Source: a virus
Lineage: Duplodnaviria; Heunggongvirae; Uroviricota; Caudoviricetes
IMG/VR virus record: IMGVR_UViG_3300042346_001601
Reading direction: 5' to 3' (one strand)
DNA length: 64,000 nucleotides
Positions 18,301 to 28,112 of the stretch are shown in pieces. The first letter of the stretch is position 1. Each line of letters opens with the position of its first letter. Under the pieces are notes generated by a model that worked only from the letters and a program-made list of their open reading frames with translations, had not been told where the DNA came from and made no database searches. The translations under genes and the position numbers were made by a program.

Positions 18301-19545
18301 TTATTTGTTTCTTGCCTGTTCTTGCTGTATTTTTAATTTTTGGGCTGCCGCTCCCCTGAAATTATCCAAATTTCTTTTGATCCTTTGCTGTTCTTGGAGA
18401 TTTAGGCTAGAAAAAGCTGGCATTTCAACCACAGCCTTCATTTTCTCGTAGGAGATCTCTGGATTTCCGGTTTGGAAGGCGGCCAATGAATATTCATCCA
18501 GCAGTCTCCACTGCCAAACTTCAGGTTCCACAAAGAGGATATCTTGGGTGCCTGGATTTTTTAGGGCCATGCTTCCGTAGGTGAAAGATAGAATCCATCT
18601 GTTTTGCTCCCTTAATTTTCTCATGCAGTGAAAAACTGCCTCCAACCTTTCGGGCCGGAATTCCCAGGCTTTAGAATAGGCGGTAATAACTTCTTCAATC
18701 GGATGCCCCAGTTTTTCTTTGATCCTGCCTATCATGTACATCGAGTAGTAAACCTCTTCAGGCCAGCCTCCGGCGTCAACTCTTTTTTGATACCAGGTCA
18801 GAGATTTTTCGTGCTGGGAAGAATCCCGATAACTTTGGGCGAGATAAAACATGTACCGGGTGTTGTTGGGATCTTCCTGCAGAGCCTGAAGTAGAATATC
18901 CGCATCTTTGGAATATTTTTCTTCCAATGAAGATGCTCTTTTCAAAGGAGAAATGTTAGCATTGACCAGACACCTATCACCAGGTATTTGAGCTTGAACT
19001 AGAGGTGCCTTGCCGGGAAGCTCTAAATACTCGTGGAGAACTCCCCGATAAACCCAATCCTGGTCAGATCTGACTATCTGGGCCCTAAAATACTGCAATG
19101 AGTTCAATTTATACTGCAGTTGAAAGCAATCTATATCGGCAGGCAAATCCATGAAAGGATTGGTGCCAGGTTTAAGGTTTGTAAAGGTGTCGTCGGCATC
19201 AATGATCCATCTGTAGTCACAAATTCCTTTGGAGAGTTCCAGGCTTTCTGTTCTATTCACCTCGAAATTAACCCAAGGCCTGTGGTGGAGCTCCCCTGGA
19301 ATTCCTAGATCCTGCATGGTAGTTTCGATCTCTTGAACCGTGTTATCAGAGGAACCTGTGTCACAGATGACCCAATAAGAAATAAAAGGGGCAACGTGTG
19401 TAAGACATTTTCTAATGGTGTCCTCCTCGTCTTTGACGATCATAACCAGACAGAGAGAATATGTTTGGCGGGGGTCTTTAGGTTTGATAGAAGAAGATAC
19501 TTGTGAAGCTGGAAAAATATCAGTTTCTGGCAGAATTTCAGGCAT
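18301..19545 (-). CDS. glycosyltransferase family 2 with TPR repeats
   Basis: LVMIVKDEE, ICDTGSSDNT, IIDADD (DxD), GVLHE, RYMFYLAQSYRD and TPR-like helices. Confidence 0.9.
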   Translation of the reverse strand: MPEILPETDIFPASQVSSSIKPKDPRQTYSLCLVMIVKDEEDTIRKCLTHVAPFISYWVICDTGSSDNTVQEIETTMQDLGIPGELHHRPWVNFEVNRTESLELSKGICDYRWIIDADDTFTNLKPGTNPFMDLPADIDCFQLQYKLNSLQYFRAQIVRSDQDWVYRGVLHEYLELPGKAPLVQAQIPGDRCLVNANISPLKRASSLEEKYSKDADILLQALQEDPNNTRYMFYLAQSYRDSSQHEKSLTWYQKRVDAGGWPEEVYYSMYMIGRIKEKLGHPIEEVITAYSKAWEFRPERLEAVFHCMRKLREQNRWILSFTYGSMALKNPGTQDILFVEPEVWQWRLLDEYSLAAFQTGNPEISYEKMKAVVEMPAFSSLNLQEQQRIKRNLDNFRGAAAQKLKIQQEQARNK

Positions 19546-19630
19546 AGAAAATTATTTCTCATTATATTCTAGGAAGAGAAAAAATTTCAGGAATGACGAA
19601 TAAAAAGTGAGAATTTTTTCTCAAAGAGGT

Positions 19631-20320
19631 TTACACTCGCTTGATATCTCTAATCTTTTGAAGCATGAGGCCTCTACCTGCATAAAAGGTAAAATCCGCC
19701 TCCATCTTCCAATTTCCTTCTTTGGTGTGAGCCATCAACTCTAGATTTTGAACTAGATCCTGCGGTTCAAGTGAAACACACTTCTGGTCGGAAGAAGATT
19801 CAAAGTTCATCTTTGCCATTTTATTACCAGTCCAGATAACAGCCCTCAAGTTGCTGATTTGGACATCCAGAATCTTGACCACTTGATGATCTTGAAGAAG
19901 TTCTAATTTAAAACAGGGTTTTCTGGAGTTGCCATGAGAGGTCAAAGTCAATAAACTGTGGGATTTACTTGCCAGTAAAGAAGGGATGGAGGGATTGTAA
20001 AGAGAAAAGATAGGGTAACAACCGGGATACTTGTGTCTTTTGAATACAATCCGCTGTCCTTTCAGGATATCCTCCAACTGGGAGAGCATATGGTCGACCG
20101 AGGTGAAATTCTTGGACTTGAGGTAGACCACGGGATTTCTACTCAAAGAAACCCGATAGGGAGAAATTTCAATCCCCAGAGACAACCACCGTGTTTCTAA
20201 AAATTTGGCAATCTCTTCAAGATGATTCCGATCCGAGGTGGATGTTTTAGATTTATGGGTCAGAGAATTCTTAAACTTATCGATGAAATCATCAACCAAG
20301 GAAAACTTGTAGGCAGACAT
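19631..20320 (-). CDS. hypothetical protein
   Basis: 229-aa ORF on the operon strand, no recognised motif. Confidence 0.6.
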   Translation of the reverse strand: MSAYKFSLVDDFIDKFKNSLTHKSKTSTSDRNHLEEIAKFLETRWLSLGIEISPYRVSLSRNPVVYLKSKNFTSVDHMLSQLEDILKGQRIVFKRHKYPGCYPIFSLYNPSIPSLLASKSHSLLTLTSHGNSRKPCFKLELLQDHQVVKILDVQISNLRAVIWTGNKMAKMNFESSSDQKCVSLEPQDLVQNLELMAHTKEGNWKMEADFTFYAGRGLMLQKIRDIKRV

Positions 20321-20343
20321 AGAAAAAAATTAGAACTGAAAAA

Positions 20344-20976
20344 TTATTCTGAATCAGGGGTCCGGTTTAGTTCTAAGGCCTTCACGATCTTCTTGTAAAC
20401 GCTCTCGCTACCTTTGGCGGCATTATATTTTTTCAGTTTTCTGTTTTTTGTGTAGAGATCAATCAGGGGTGCAGTTTTTTCTTCATAGTCTCTGAATCTT
20501 TTAGCCACCACCTCTGGATCTTTGTCGTCCTTCCGGTCTTCTCTTTCCGCCCTGGCAGTAATTCTGCCTTTGGCCGTTTCTTCGTCTATATCCAGATAGA
20601 TGGTGTGGCTCAGGCCCAAGCCCATTTTTCCGAGCAAAGAATCTAACAGAGAGGCTTGTTTAACGGTCCGGGGGAATCCGTCAATAATGATCCCATCATC
20701 AGGATCAATTTTCTTCAGTTCCCTCCGGATCATCTTTACAACTGTCTGATCGTCGATGAAATCACCCCGTTCAACTTTTTTCTTGATCTCCGGGTTTTTT
20801 GATTTCCTGAGCAATTCTCCGGTTGAAATGTGGTGGAAGCCTTGCCTATCTGCCAGTTTTTCGGAAAAAGTTCCTTTACCTGATCCCGGAGGTCCCATCA
20901 CAACTAGAATTTTTCCTTGAGAATCCGGCAATTCTCTTTCTATTAAAAAATCTGAGAAATTCTTAACTAAATCCAT
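20344..20976 (-). CDS. adk: adenylate kinase
   Basis: P-loop GPPGSGKGT, HISTGELLR, IIDGFPRT, short-LID R...RKDD; extra N-terminal LVKNFSDFLIE. Confidence 0.92.
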   Translation of the reverse strand: MDLVKNFSDFLIERELPDSQGKILVVMGPPGSGKGTFSEKLADRQGFHHISTGELLRKSKNPEIKKKVERGDFIDDQTVVKMIRRELKKIDPDDGIIIDGFPRTVKQASLLDSLLGKMGLGLSHTIYLDIDEETAKGRITARAEREDRKDDKDPEVVAKRFRDYEEKTAPLIDLYTKNRKLKKYNAAKGSESVYKKIVKALELNRTPDSE

Positions 20977-20980
20977 GTGC

Positions 20981-20988
20981 TATATATC
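20981..20988 (-). promoter_or_regulatory. GATATATA box
   Basis: 4 nt before the adk ATG 20976. Confidence 0.65.
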
Positions 20989-21001
20989 CAAACATAACTC
21001 G

Positions 21002-22711
21002 TTAAGATTCACAGGCAACACACTGAAGATCGTTTAAATTTAATTTTTTTCTGGAAAAAGCCTGGGCAGAGTTCATAGAATGCTGGTAGTACAAAGTTTT
21101 AATCCCGAGCTTCCAGGCATCGATCAGAAGTCTGTTCACGTCTTTGGTTGGCATTTCAGGAGAAATCATCAGATTGAGAGATTGAGCTTGATCGATGTAA
21201 TCCTGTCTCACAGCCGCCTGGTTGATAATGGCCGCCTGGTTGATCTCGGAGAAAGTTCTGAACACTTCTTTCTGATGGTCAGTCAACCAATCGAAATGCT
21301 GGACAGATCCATCGTGCTTTTTGATGCTGTCCCAGATGTATTTGGTGTCTTTATCCAGTTCAACTAGCAATTTTCTCAAAACCGGATTCTTGATTGAGAC
21401 CTTGATCTTGGCGACATCCTTAACAAAACAATTGGACCAAATTGGTTCGATAGACTGAGAAACCTGGCCTAGAATAAAGGCAGAAGATGTGGTGGGAGCA
21501 ATGGCATTCAGAGTCACATTTCTCCGGCCGTATCCAACGAGCATTTCGGGTTCTCCGAAGATGGTGGCTAGCTGCCTAGAAGCAGCATAGGATTCATCTT
21601 TGATGTATTTGAAAACCTCCACGTTCAACTGGGCACTCTCTTTGCAGTCAAAGGGCAGAGATTTGGATTGAAGCAAGGAATGCCAGCCCAATACACCTAG
21701 ACCCAGAGCTCTCTGTCTTTTGGCAAAATTGTAGGCTCTAGACAAATAAAAGAATGCTCTTTGTCCTTCCACTGTGCCGTCCTGCCTCAGATTATCTATT
21801 TTGGTCAGAAATTCCGTTACCACGGCATCCAAGAAATAGACCATGGTTTGAACTGCATCTGTGCCTTTCCATTCGTCGTAATGAAGTAAATTCATCGAGG
21901 ACAGAACACAAACAAAAGATTCGTCATCAGAATTGTGCAAGGCAATCTCAGAACAAAGATTAGAATTGGAAATTTTAAGATCTTTATCCCGATAAACATC
22001 CGGTGACTTGGAGTTCATGGTATCGCTAAACATGATGTAGGGATAACCTATCTCCCCTCTTCTCTGAATGACTTTAGCCCACACCGCTCTTTTTTCCTGA
22101 TCTCCCAAGGTCATCTTGGTCATGAAGTCGTCAGAGACCGTCACGGCGTGGGTCAAATCCTGAATGGGAAATCCCTCGGTTCCGATGTCTAAAAACTCCA
22201 GAATGTCCGGATGGTCGATGGGCAGATAAGGTGAAAATCTGCCTCTTCTGGTCGAGCCCTGGGAGATGTTGTCCACCACACTCTGAAAAAGGTTCATGAA
22301 GTGGACTGCCCCTGGGGCGTGGCCGTTATCACTGACCGTGGCTCCTCGACCTCTGATGTTGCCAAAATAACCTGAAGTTCCTCCTCCCATCTTGCTCATT
22401 TCACCTACTTCTCCTTGGGTATACAGGATAGACTCGATATTGTCCATTAGATGAGAACCAAAGCAAGAAACGGGGAGACCTCTTTTTTTCCCAAAATTAG
22501 CCCAAACTGGAGAGGAAAGGGAGTACCATCCTCTGCCCATATAATCAAAGAATTTGTCGGAAAATCCGGGCATGCCCAGCAATTTTTCTGCATGATCGGC
22601 AATGACTTTTACCCGGACCCCGGGATCTTCATGCTCGGCTAAATAGCCCCTTTTGAGAAAAGTCATGGATTCCCAATTGATCCAGTCGAAAGGTTTTCTG
22701 TCCCCTGTCAT
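21002..22711 (-). CDS. nrdA: class I ribonucleotide reductase alpha subunit (no ATP-cone)
   Basis: PVSCF, GGGT, SNLCSE, APTTSS, KTLYY, C-terminal CVAC. Confidence 0.95.
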   Translation of the reverse strand: MTGDRKPFDWINWESMTFLKRGYLAEHEDPGVRVKVIADHAEKLLGMPGFSDKFFDYMGRGWYSLSSPVWANFGKKRGLPVSCFGSHLMDNIESILYTQGEVGEMSKMGGGTSGYFGNIRGRGATVSDNGHAPGAVHFMNLFQSVVDNISQGSTRRGRFSPYLPIDHPDILEFLDIGTEGFPIQDLTHAVTVSDDFMTKMTLGDQEKRAVWAKVIQRRGEIGYPYIMFSDTMNSKSPDVYRDKDLKISNSNLCSEIALHNSDDESFVCVLSSMNLLHYDEWKGTDAVQTMVYFLDAVVTEFLTKIDNLRQDGTVEGQRAFFYLSRAYNFAKRQRALGLGVLGWHSLLQSKSLPFDCKESAQLNVEVFKYIKDESYAASRQLATIFGEPEMLVGYGRRNVTLNAIAPTTSSAFILGQVSQSIEPIWSNCFVKDVAKIKVSIKNPVLRKLLVELDKDTKYIWDSIKKHDGSVQHFDWLTDHQKEVFRTFSEINQAAIINQAAVRQDYIDQAQSLNLMISPEMPTKDVNRLLIDAWKLGIKTLYYQHSMNSAQAFSRKKLNLNDLQCVACES

Positions 22712-22726
22712 AAATAATTATTTTTT

Positions 22727-24034
22727 TTAGAATAAGTCGTTAACGGTAATTGATTTAGATTTTTTGCTGTAATTAATGGATCTTTTATTGAAGAAGTCGG
22801 TGTGCTTAGTGGTCAAAATTTCATCATTCAGCCACTCTGTTTTTTCTAGCAGATTCTCTTTGACCTCAAAGATATTTTGAATGCCTATGGCGTTCAGAGA
22901 AAGATTAAACCGATGTTTGATAAACTCAACAGTTTCGACCGCGCTTAAAAAATCGAGATCTCCTGCTTCGAAAATCCATTCTACAATTTCAAGCTCTGCT
23001 TCATAGGCTTCAAAGGTGGCATCAATGAGGTCCTCAACCAGGTCCTGAGTCCACCAAGAAGGATTCTCTTTTTTAATCAAATTCACCAGATCAAAACCAA
23101 ATTCTGCGTGGATGTTTTCTTCTTTCGAGGTTGCCTCTACGGCATTGCTAATTCCTTTCAACATGTTCTTGTGTTTATTGAAAGAAAGAATAACCAGAAA
23201 CTGGGAGAAGAGAGAGACATTTTCAACAAACATCGAAAAAAGGACAATGGATTCAAAATAGTCTCTGTTGTCGACAGATTTTGAATTTGAGATAGATTTC
23301 TCCAAATATTTAATTCTTTTTCTGATGGCGGGTACTTCGAGCAAATTCTCAAATTCGGAGTTTAAGCCGAGAACCTGAATGAGATTGGAATAGGCATCGG
23401 CGTGTCTCACCTCAGATTCGGCAAAGGTTGCACCGACACTCCCAATCTCCGGTTTTGGCATTCTCTTGTATAGATCACCCCAAAAAGTTTTAACTGCAAT
23501 CTCGATCTGGGAAATGGCCAGCATCGCCCTCTGCACGGCCGACCTCTCTGGTTCTGACAGGTAAACCTTAAAATCCTGAATATCCGAAGTGAAATTGAAT
23601 TCTGTGTGAACCCAATAGGAATGCCTGATCGCATCTACGTATTCCACTAACTCTGGGTACTCGTAAGGTTTAAGATTGATGCGTTTTGAGAAAAGGTTTG
23701 GTTGGTGCTTTGCCCTGTAGATGATGTACTCCTTGGCAACCTCATTCAGATTGTTGTCCATCAGTTTGTTCTCCACCATATCATGAACCTCATCTACGTG
23801 AGGAACCCTGTTCTTGTCACCTCTAAAGAGGCTTTTTTTGGTCAATCTTGCAATTCTGGCCGCCATTTCAGGATCCACTGTATTAACGCTCCGCATTGCC
23901 TTGACGACCGCCTGTTCTATTTTCTGGGTTTCGAAAGGAACTTTGTCCCCACTTCTCTTAATGACGAAGTGACTTTCGCTGGGAAGAATTTCTTCTGAAT
24001 TGTGCATGGTGGTTATTTTTTTGGTTTTCTCCAC
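22727..24034 (-). CDS. nrdB: class I ribonucleotide reductase beta subunit with N-terminal ATP-cone
   Basis: N-terminal VIKRSG...KIEQA...VE.KLM...VAKEYIIYR ATP-cone; SQIEIAVKTFW, EVRHADAY, FVENVSLFSQF, EENIH ligand motifs. Confidence 0.93.
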   Translation of the reverse strand: MEKTKKITTMHNSEEILPSESHFVIKRSGDKVPFETQKIEQAVVKAMRSVNTVDPEMAARIARLTKKSLFRGDKNRVPHVDEVHDMVENKLMDNNLNEVAKEYIIYRAKHQPNLFSKRINLKPYEYPELVEYVDAIRHSYWVHTEFNFTSDIQDFKVYLSEPERSAVQRAMLAISQIEIAVKTFWGDLYKRMPKPEIGSVGATFAESEVRHADAYSNLIQVLGLNSEFENLLEVPAIRKRIKYLEKSISNSKSVDNRDYFESIVLFSMFVENVSLFSQFLVILSFNKHKNMLKGISNAVEATSKEENIHAEFGFDLVNLIKKENPSWWTQDLVEDLIDATFEAYEAELEIVEWIFEAGDLDFLSAVETVEFIKHRFNLSLNAIGIQNIFEVKENLLEKTEWLNDEILTTKHTDFFNKRSINYSKKSKSITVNDLF

Positions 24035-24073
24035 AGATAGGTCTCCCTAGAGTGAAGTGGATGGTTGTTTTTT

Positions 24074-24556
24074 TTAATAATTATTGGCCTGCCTCTCGAT
24101 GTTGTGTCTGTTCTTGGCCACGTAATAATTGGTGATGGATTCCGGAGTTAAACCCAGGGCAATAGCCTCATTCATCATAAAATGGAGTTTATCTATCCAT
24201 TCGTACCTTAATTCTTTCAGTTCATCTTCGGTCAAATCAGCCAGAGATCTGGACATTGCTTCCGCGTGTTTGGACTTCCAGGGTTTCCAGCAGGCTGGGT
24301 AGGTGTGAATTCCAGTCAAGGCGTTTTGTAATTCCCGATCCTCGTCTCTAATGGCTTCTTCATTCCAGTCGATAAACTCTTTTAACTTCTTGATCGAAGA
24401 TTGAATCTCCTCAAAATTGTACCCGTAGACTTCTTCCTGGATTGATTTTTGGAGGTTAAAAATTAGAGCTAGAGCGTCTTCCCCCTGGTCTCTTAATTCC
24501 TGATAATTGTTGTTGATCTCTAAATGGGCACAAGTCTGAAAATTGAGGTTTGTCAT
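24074..24556 (-). CDS. dimeric dUTPase / MazG-like NTP pyrophosphatase (gp56-like)
   Basis: YEWIDKLHF and YYVAKNRHNIERQ motifs; CWKPWK. Confidence 0.75.
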   Translation of the reverse strand: MTNLNFQTCAHLEINNNYQELRDQGEDALALIFNLQKSIQEEVYGYNFEEIQSSIKKLKEFIDWNEEAIRDEDRELQNALTGIHTYPACWKPWKSKHAEAMSRSLADLTEDELKELRYEWIDKLHFMMNEAIALGLTPESITNYYVAKNRHNIERQANNY

Positions 24557-24594
24557 TATTTAAAAGTTTTTTAGGTCTGTTTGAATGAGTAGAC

Positions 24595-24602
24595 TATATA
24601 TC
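24595..24602 (-). promoter_or_regulatory. GATATATA box
   Basis: 38 nt before the dUTPase-like start. Confidence 0.5.
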
Positions 24603-24630
24603 TAAATAGTCCCCTGCGGTCTGAAATTTT

Positions 24631-26034
24631 CTACGTTAAGTTTTTTAATTGTTTCTCTATTTTGTCAATTTCAATCTGCAATTGCAACATTTTATCTTTG
24701 GTCGATCTTCTCTGGGCATAGAGATCTTTAATGATCGATTTCAGAATGGGCTCCTCGTCGTCACCTCCAAAGAACGAACCTGAAGAGGTTTTGGTCCAGG
24801 AGTCCTGGGAGTGAGATATGTTCTTACCCTTGAAAACTTCTGGGGACAGACCCCACTGAACTATTGTGTTCGGATATAGGGAAGCAAAGTCGTAACAGGC
24901 AACCCATTCGTGCAGACCCTGGATGGGTTCTTTGACATAGCCACCCGTGAATTTGATGTGGTTTTCTTCTTTGCGGAGATTTACAAAAACTTGCTTCCGA
25001 GCCAAGAATTTTCGGAGCATAATGACTTCCGTAGACCAAACAGGGGATAAAGCCCTGCCGATCTCGACCCCGTTGAGACAGGCAATCTTAAAATAAGTCA
25101 GGAGAGTGCCCAATTTTTTATCGATGTAATGGACCAGGGCACAGTCAATGGCGTTGTAAAGAATAAACTTTTTGAAATCTGATTGGTACAAGGTTCGGAG
25201 AGAGCCATCATAGTGAATTTTCTTGAGACCCGTTGCCTTTTCTGCCACATAATCCAGTCGATTACTTTCTTTGATTTTGATAACCCTATCCCATTTTTTG
25301 TAGATTTCCAGATAGTCGACCATCTGCAAGTGAACCGGAATTTGGTTCTGACCGATGAGATATTTAGAGGGTGACATGATCTTGGGATCGATGCCCAGCC
25401 TTTTGGCTCGATTAAGCAAATAGGGCCAGTCGTAACCAAACCAGTTCCAGCCGGTGATCAGAGACATTTTGGCTCCAATGTCTTTGAAAAAAGTGTACAT
25501 CATATCATACTCGGACTCGAATTTCATGTATCTGAAAGACCATTCATCACCCATCTTGCCGAGGTAGGTGTTCACTTCTTCATGAATCTGTGCCTGTGCC
25601 TCGGGGGTTAACTCATCCAAACCCAACACAATCAGTTTACATCTGTCAGTGGCAATACCGATCGACAAGACCCTATTTTTGGCACTTGAGGTGTCCAAAG
25701 AATCACCTAGCTCATCAGTCATCTCGACCTCAATGTCCACGAAATATTTTTTCGGGGTTTGAGATTCCCAAAGAGGTGCAGTTAGATCCCGATCACTCTC
25801 TTCTAACAGTTGAACTATTCGGTATTTGTCGTACTTTTGATTTTTGACTTTCTTGATGGGCTTGCCGTCCCAATTTTTCCAAACAGTGTCTCTGGCCCTA
25901 TCGCTAGCTGAACAAATTTCCCACACGAATCTTTCTTCCTCAGGAATTTCAATGTTGACAAATTCAACATTCCCCTCCTTTGAAAAAGTAGAGACCGTTA
26001 AACCAGTCCCTTTATTTTCTATATCAATGATCAT
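24631..26034 (-). CDS. gp43A: DNA polymerase family B, N-terminal half (3'-5' exonuclease plus motif A)
   Basis: FVDIEVE, GWNWFGYDWPYL, YNAID exonuclease motifs; YDFASLYPN motif A; ATG at 26034 (MIIDIEN) preferred. Confidence 0.92.
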   Translation of the reverse strand: MIIDIENKGTGLTVSTFSKEGNVEFVNIEIPEEERFVWEICSASDRARDTVWKNWDGKPIKKVKNQKYDKYRIVQLLEESDRDLTAPLWESQTPKKYFVDIEVEMTDELGDSLDTSSAKNRVLSIGIATDRCKLIVLGLDELTPEAQAQIHEEVNTYLGKMGDEWSFRYMKFESEYDMMYTFFKDIGAKMSLITGWNWFGYDWPYLLNRAKRLGIDPKIMSPSKYLIGQNQIPVHLQMVDYLEIYKKWDRVIKIKESNRLDYVAEKATGLKKIHYDGSLRTLYQSDFKKFILYNAIDCALVHYIDKKLGTLLTYFKIACLNGVEIGRALSPVWSTEVIMLRKFLARKQVFVNLRKEENHIKFTGGYVKEPIQGLHEWVACYDFASLYPNTIVQWGLSPEVFKGKNISHSQDSWTKTSSGSFFGGDDEEPILKSIIKDLYAQRRSTKDKMLQLQIEIDKIEKQLKNLT

Positions 26035-26067
26035 AATTACGAAGTCAATTTTTGTCTTCTCCAGTTG

Positions 26068-26075
26068 GATATATA
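26068..26075 (+). promoter_or_regulatory. GATATATA box
   Basis: 5 nt before ATG 26081. Confidence 0.65.
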
Positions 26076-26080
26076 CACAT

Positions 26081-26407
26081 ATGACCCCCCGTATTAAAAG
26101 TTTCAAAAAATTTTTATCCGAAAGCTGGAGCGCCTTCGCTCCAGGGAGTGTGGTAGTGCCAGGTGATTGGTATAAAGACAACGTTAACTCCAGAAATTAT
26201 CGTCCAGCCTACACTCAGATGCCCCAGGTAGTTGACGATCTCTACAACACAACTGACTTGTATTCGTATCTAGACGAGTTAGCAGAGGAAGAAGAATTTC
26301 AAAAAATGCTTTCAAAAGACCACAAAGATTCTAAGAAAGTGCTAAAGTACGTAAAACAGAGAATTCATGAGACTCTATCTGGCAAGGCCAAAACGGAAAG
26401 TAAATAG
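26081..26407 (+). CDS. hypothetical protein with N-terminal RIKSFKKFLSES motif
   Basis: ATG 5 nt after GATATATA (26068-26075); distal part of ORF-track 25844..26407. Confidence 0.7.
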   Translation: MTPRIKSFKKFLSESWSAFAPGSVVVPGDWYKDNVNSRNYRPAYTQMPQVVDDLYNTTDLYSYLDELAEEEEFQKMLSKDHKDSKKVLKYVKQRIHETLSGKAKTESK

Positions 26408-26411
26408 AGAG

Positions 26412-28109
26412 TTATAAGCCATATCTGGCTTTTGTGGCATTGTAAACTTGTGTAATTTCAGCTGAGCTAAGAGCTCTATTGTAAATCAAGGTCATACCAA
26501 CCTGTTGATTTAGATATGACGCATACTGTGAATTGTATGAAATTGTGATCGGCAATGTGTTGTTTACATCTCCGCTAAATGTTCCTAAAGTTGTAACTGT
26601 GGTGTTGTTGATTTGATTCCAATTGGTTCCACTTCTTTGGACACCAATTAATTTATATCCACTCCAGCCGTTCAAACCACCATTTGGACTTGTTCTTCCT
26701 TCCAGTCTTGCCGTAGAACTGCTGATAATAAAATACAAATCCTGAGGACTTCCCGCCCATACAATAGACCATCCCGCCACGTTACCGTCGAATCTGCTTC
26801 CCTTTCTAATTATAGTTTTAGCGGAACCAGGATAAGAAGGTATTCCACCCACCCACATAAGAATTGTAAAACCTCCGGTTCCAAAATTCAAACTTGTCGC
26901 GTCCGCTATTTCCACGTAGTCATTGATCCCATCGAATGTGATTATTCCTCCTTCATTCGAAGAATAAGTTGGAGAGTTAACTAAAGTGCCATTAAATCCA
27001 TTCCCACTCAGATCGTACCAGGTTGTTCCAGTCGTGGGATAAGAAGGGGTAAATCCCGCATCTAGATTTAGTACCAAACCGGAAGTAACTATCGGCTCGT
27101 ATTCTCGGTTAACGATCAGAATGTCGTTCTGAGGAGCAGCCCAGCTCAATACGTCGCTGGCTGAACTAAAAGTATTTCTGAACACAACGCCAGACACAGT
27201 CACTAAATCATTACCGCTTGATGCAGTGTAAATAACAGGGGGTGAGGCAGAAGCCCCCGCTGTGGCAGGATTACCCAGATAAATCGTGTAACCACCGGAA
27301 GCCGGAAGGATACCGTTCCAATACCCACCCTGTGATGTTTCATAATAGGAAACAGTATCCGAAGGGCCTAATAAAAAATTGCTTTTTTGGAGAGAGACAG
27401 AAGACAAAGCGCCATATCCGCCCAATAATTGGGCTATGGTAGGCTCGGTTCCATCTACAATATCGACTCTAGGGTAACACCAATATTGTCTAGGTAAGTT
27501 GCTCTCTGCATAGTATAGATAAGTTCTGTGTCTAGCCTGGGTAGATTCTGTTCGCCAGACGAAATCTAGAGAAATACCAGCATATCTACCCAAGCCAATA
27601 GTATATCTGCCAGATTCTGGTTTGTTAGCTCCAGTCCCCGATCCAGATGGCCAAACGTGTCCAACCACTAAAATCCAGGTGCTGTTAGGCATCTCGGCTG
27701 TAGTTGGCGGATCAGACGACGTCCAAAAATAGGGGTTAGTGTTGTTTGTTCCGGTGGAACGACTTAAAACTCCATTAGTAGAACCAAATCCATTTGTTCC
27801 AAAATAGAACCGACCCTCCACATACACTGTCCTTTTTACCCACACAGAAAAACGATAGAGCTTAGTGTGATCTATAGAAAAATTTGTCGTGTTCCAACCT
27901 CCGTCATCATTTCCACCTCCGTCGGGTAGTGACAACCACAAAACCGTTTCGTTGCCCCAAGGGTCCAGACCGTTTACCAGTAGATTCTCTGCTGCCCCGC
28001 CATTTCTGGAGAAACCAGTAGCTGAGCTATTCCCAGCTACCCAAGTTGTGTAGTTGAGTAAATTTTTGGTGTCCCTGGTAACTATCTGGGATTTAATGAC
28101 ATTGCCCAC
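26412..28109 (-). CDS. LamG/concanavalin-A-like domain virion/adhesin protein
   Basis: GLVLNLDAG...WYDLSGNG...FDGINDY...IYNRALSSAEITQVYNA. Confidence 0.8.
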   Translation of the reverse strand: MGNVIKSQIVTRDTKNLLNYTTWVAGNSSATGFSRNGGAAENLLVNGLDPWGNETVLWLSLPDGGGNDDGGWNTTNFSIDHTKLYRFSVWVKRTVYVEGRFYFGTNGFGSTNGVLSRSTGTNNTNPYFWTSSDPPTTAEMPNSTWILVVGHVWPSGSGTGANKPESGRYTIGLGRYAGISLDFVWRTESTQARHRTYLYYAESNLPRQYWCYPRVDIVDGTEPTIAQLLGGYGALSSVSLQKSNFLLGPSDTVSYYETSQGGYWNGILPASGGYTIYLGNPATAGASASPPVIYTASSGNDLVTVSGVVFRNTFSSASDVLSWAAPQNDILIVNREYEPIVTSGLVLNLDAGFTPSYPTTGTTWYDLSGNGFNGTLVNSPTYSSNEGGIITFDGINDYVEIADATSLNFGTGGFTILMWVGGIPSYPGSAKTIIRKGSRFDGNVAGWSIVWAGSPQDLYFIISSSTARLEGRTSPNGGLNGWSGYKLIGVQRSGTNWNQINNTTVTTLGTFSGDVNNTLPITISYNSQYASYLNQQVGMTLIYNRALSSAEITQVYNATKARYGL

Positions 28110-28112
28110 CTC

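Noticed and set aside
25844-26080. N-terminal extension of the + strand ORF, and the extension 26035-26181 of the PolB N-half
   Set aside because: They overlap each other; a GATATATA box and ATGs at 26081 (+) and 26034 (-) give a cleaner divergent pair
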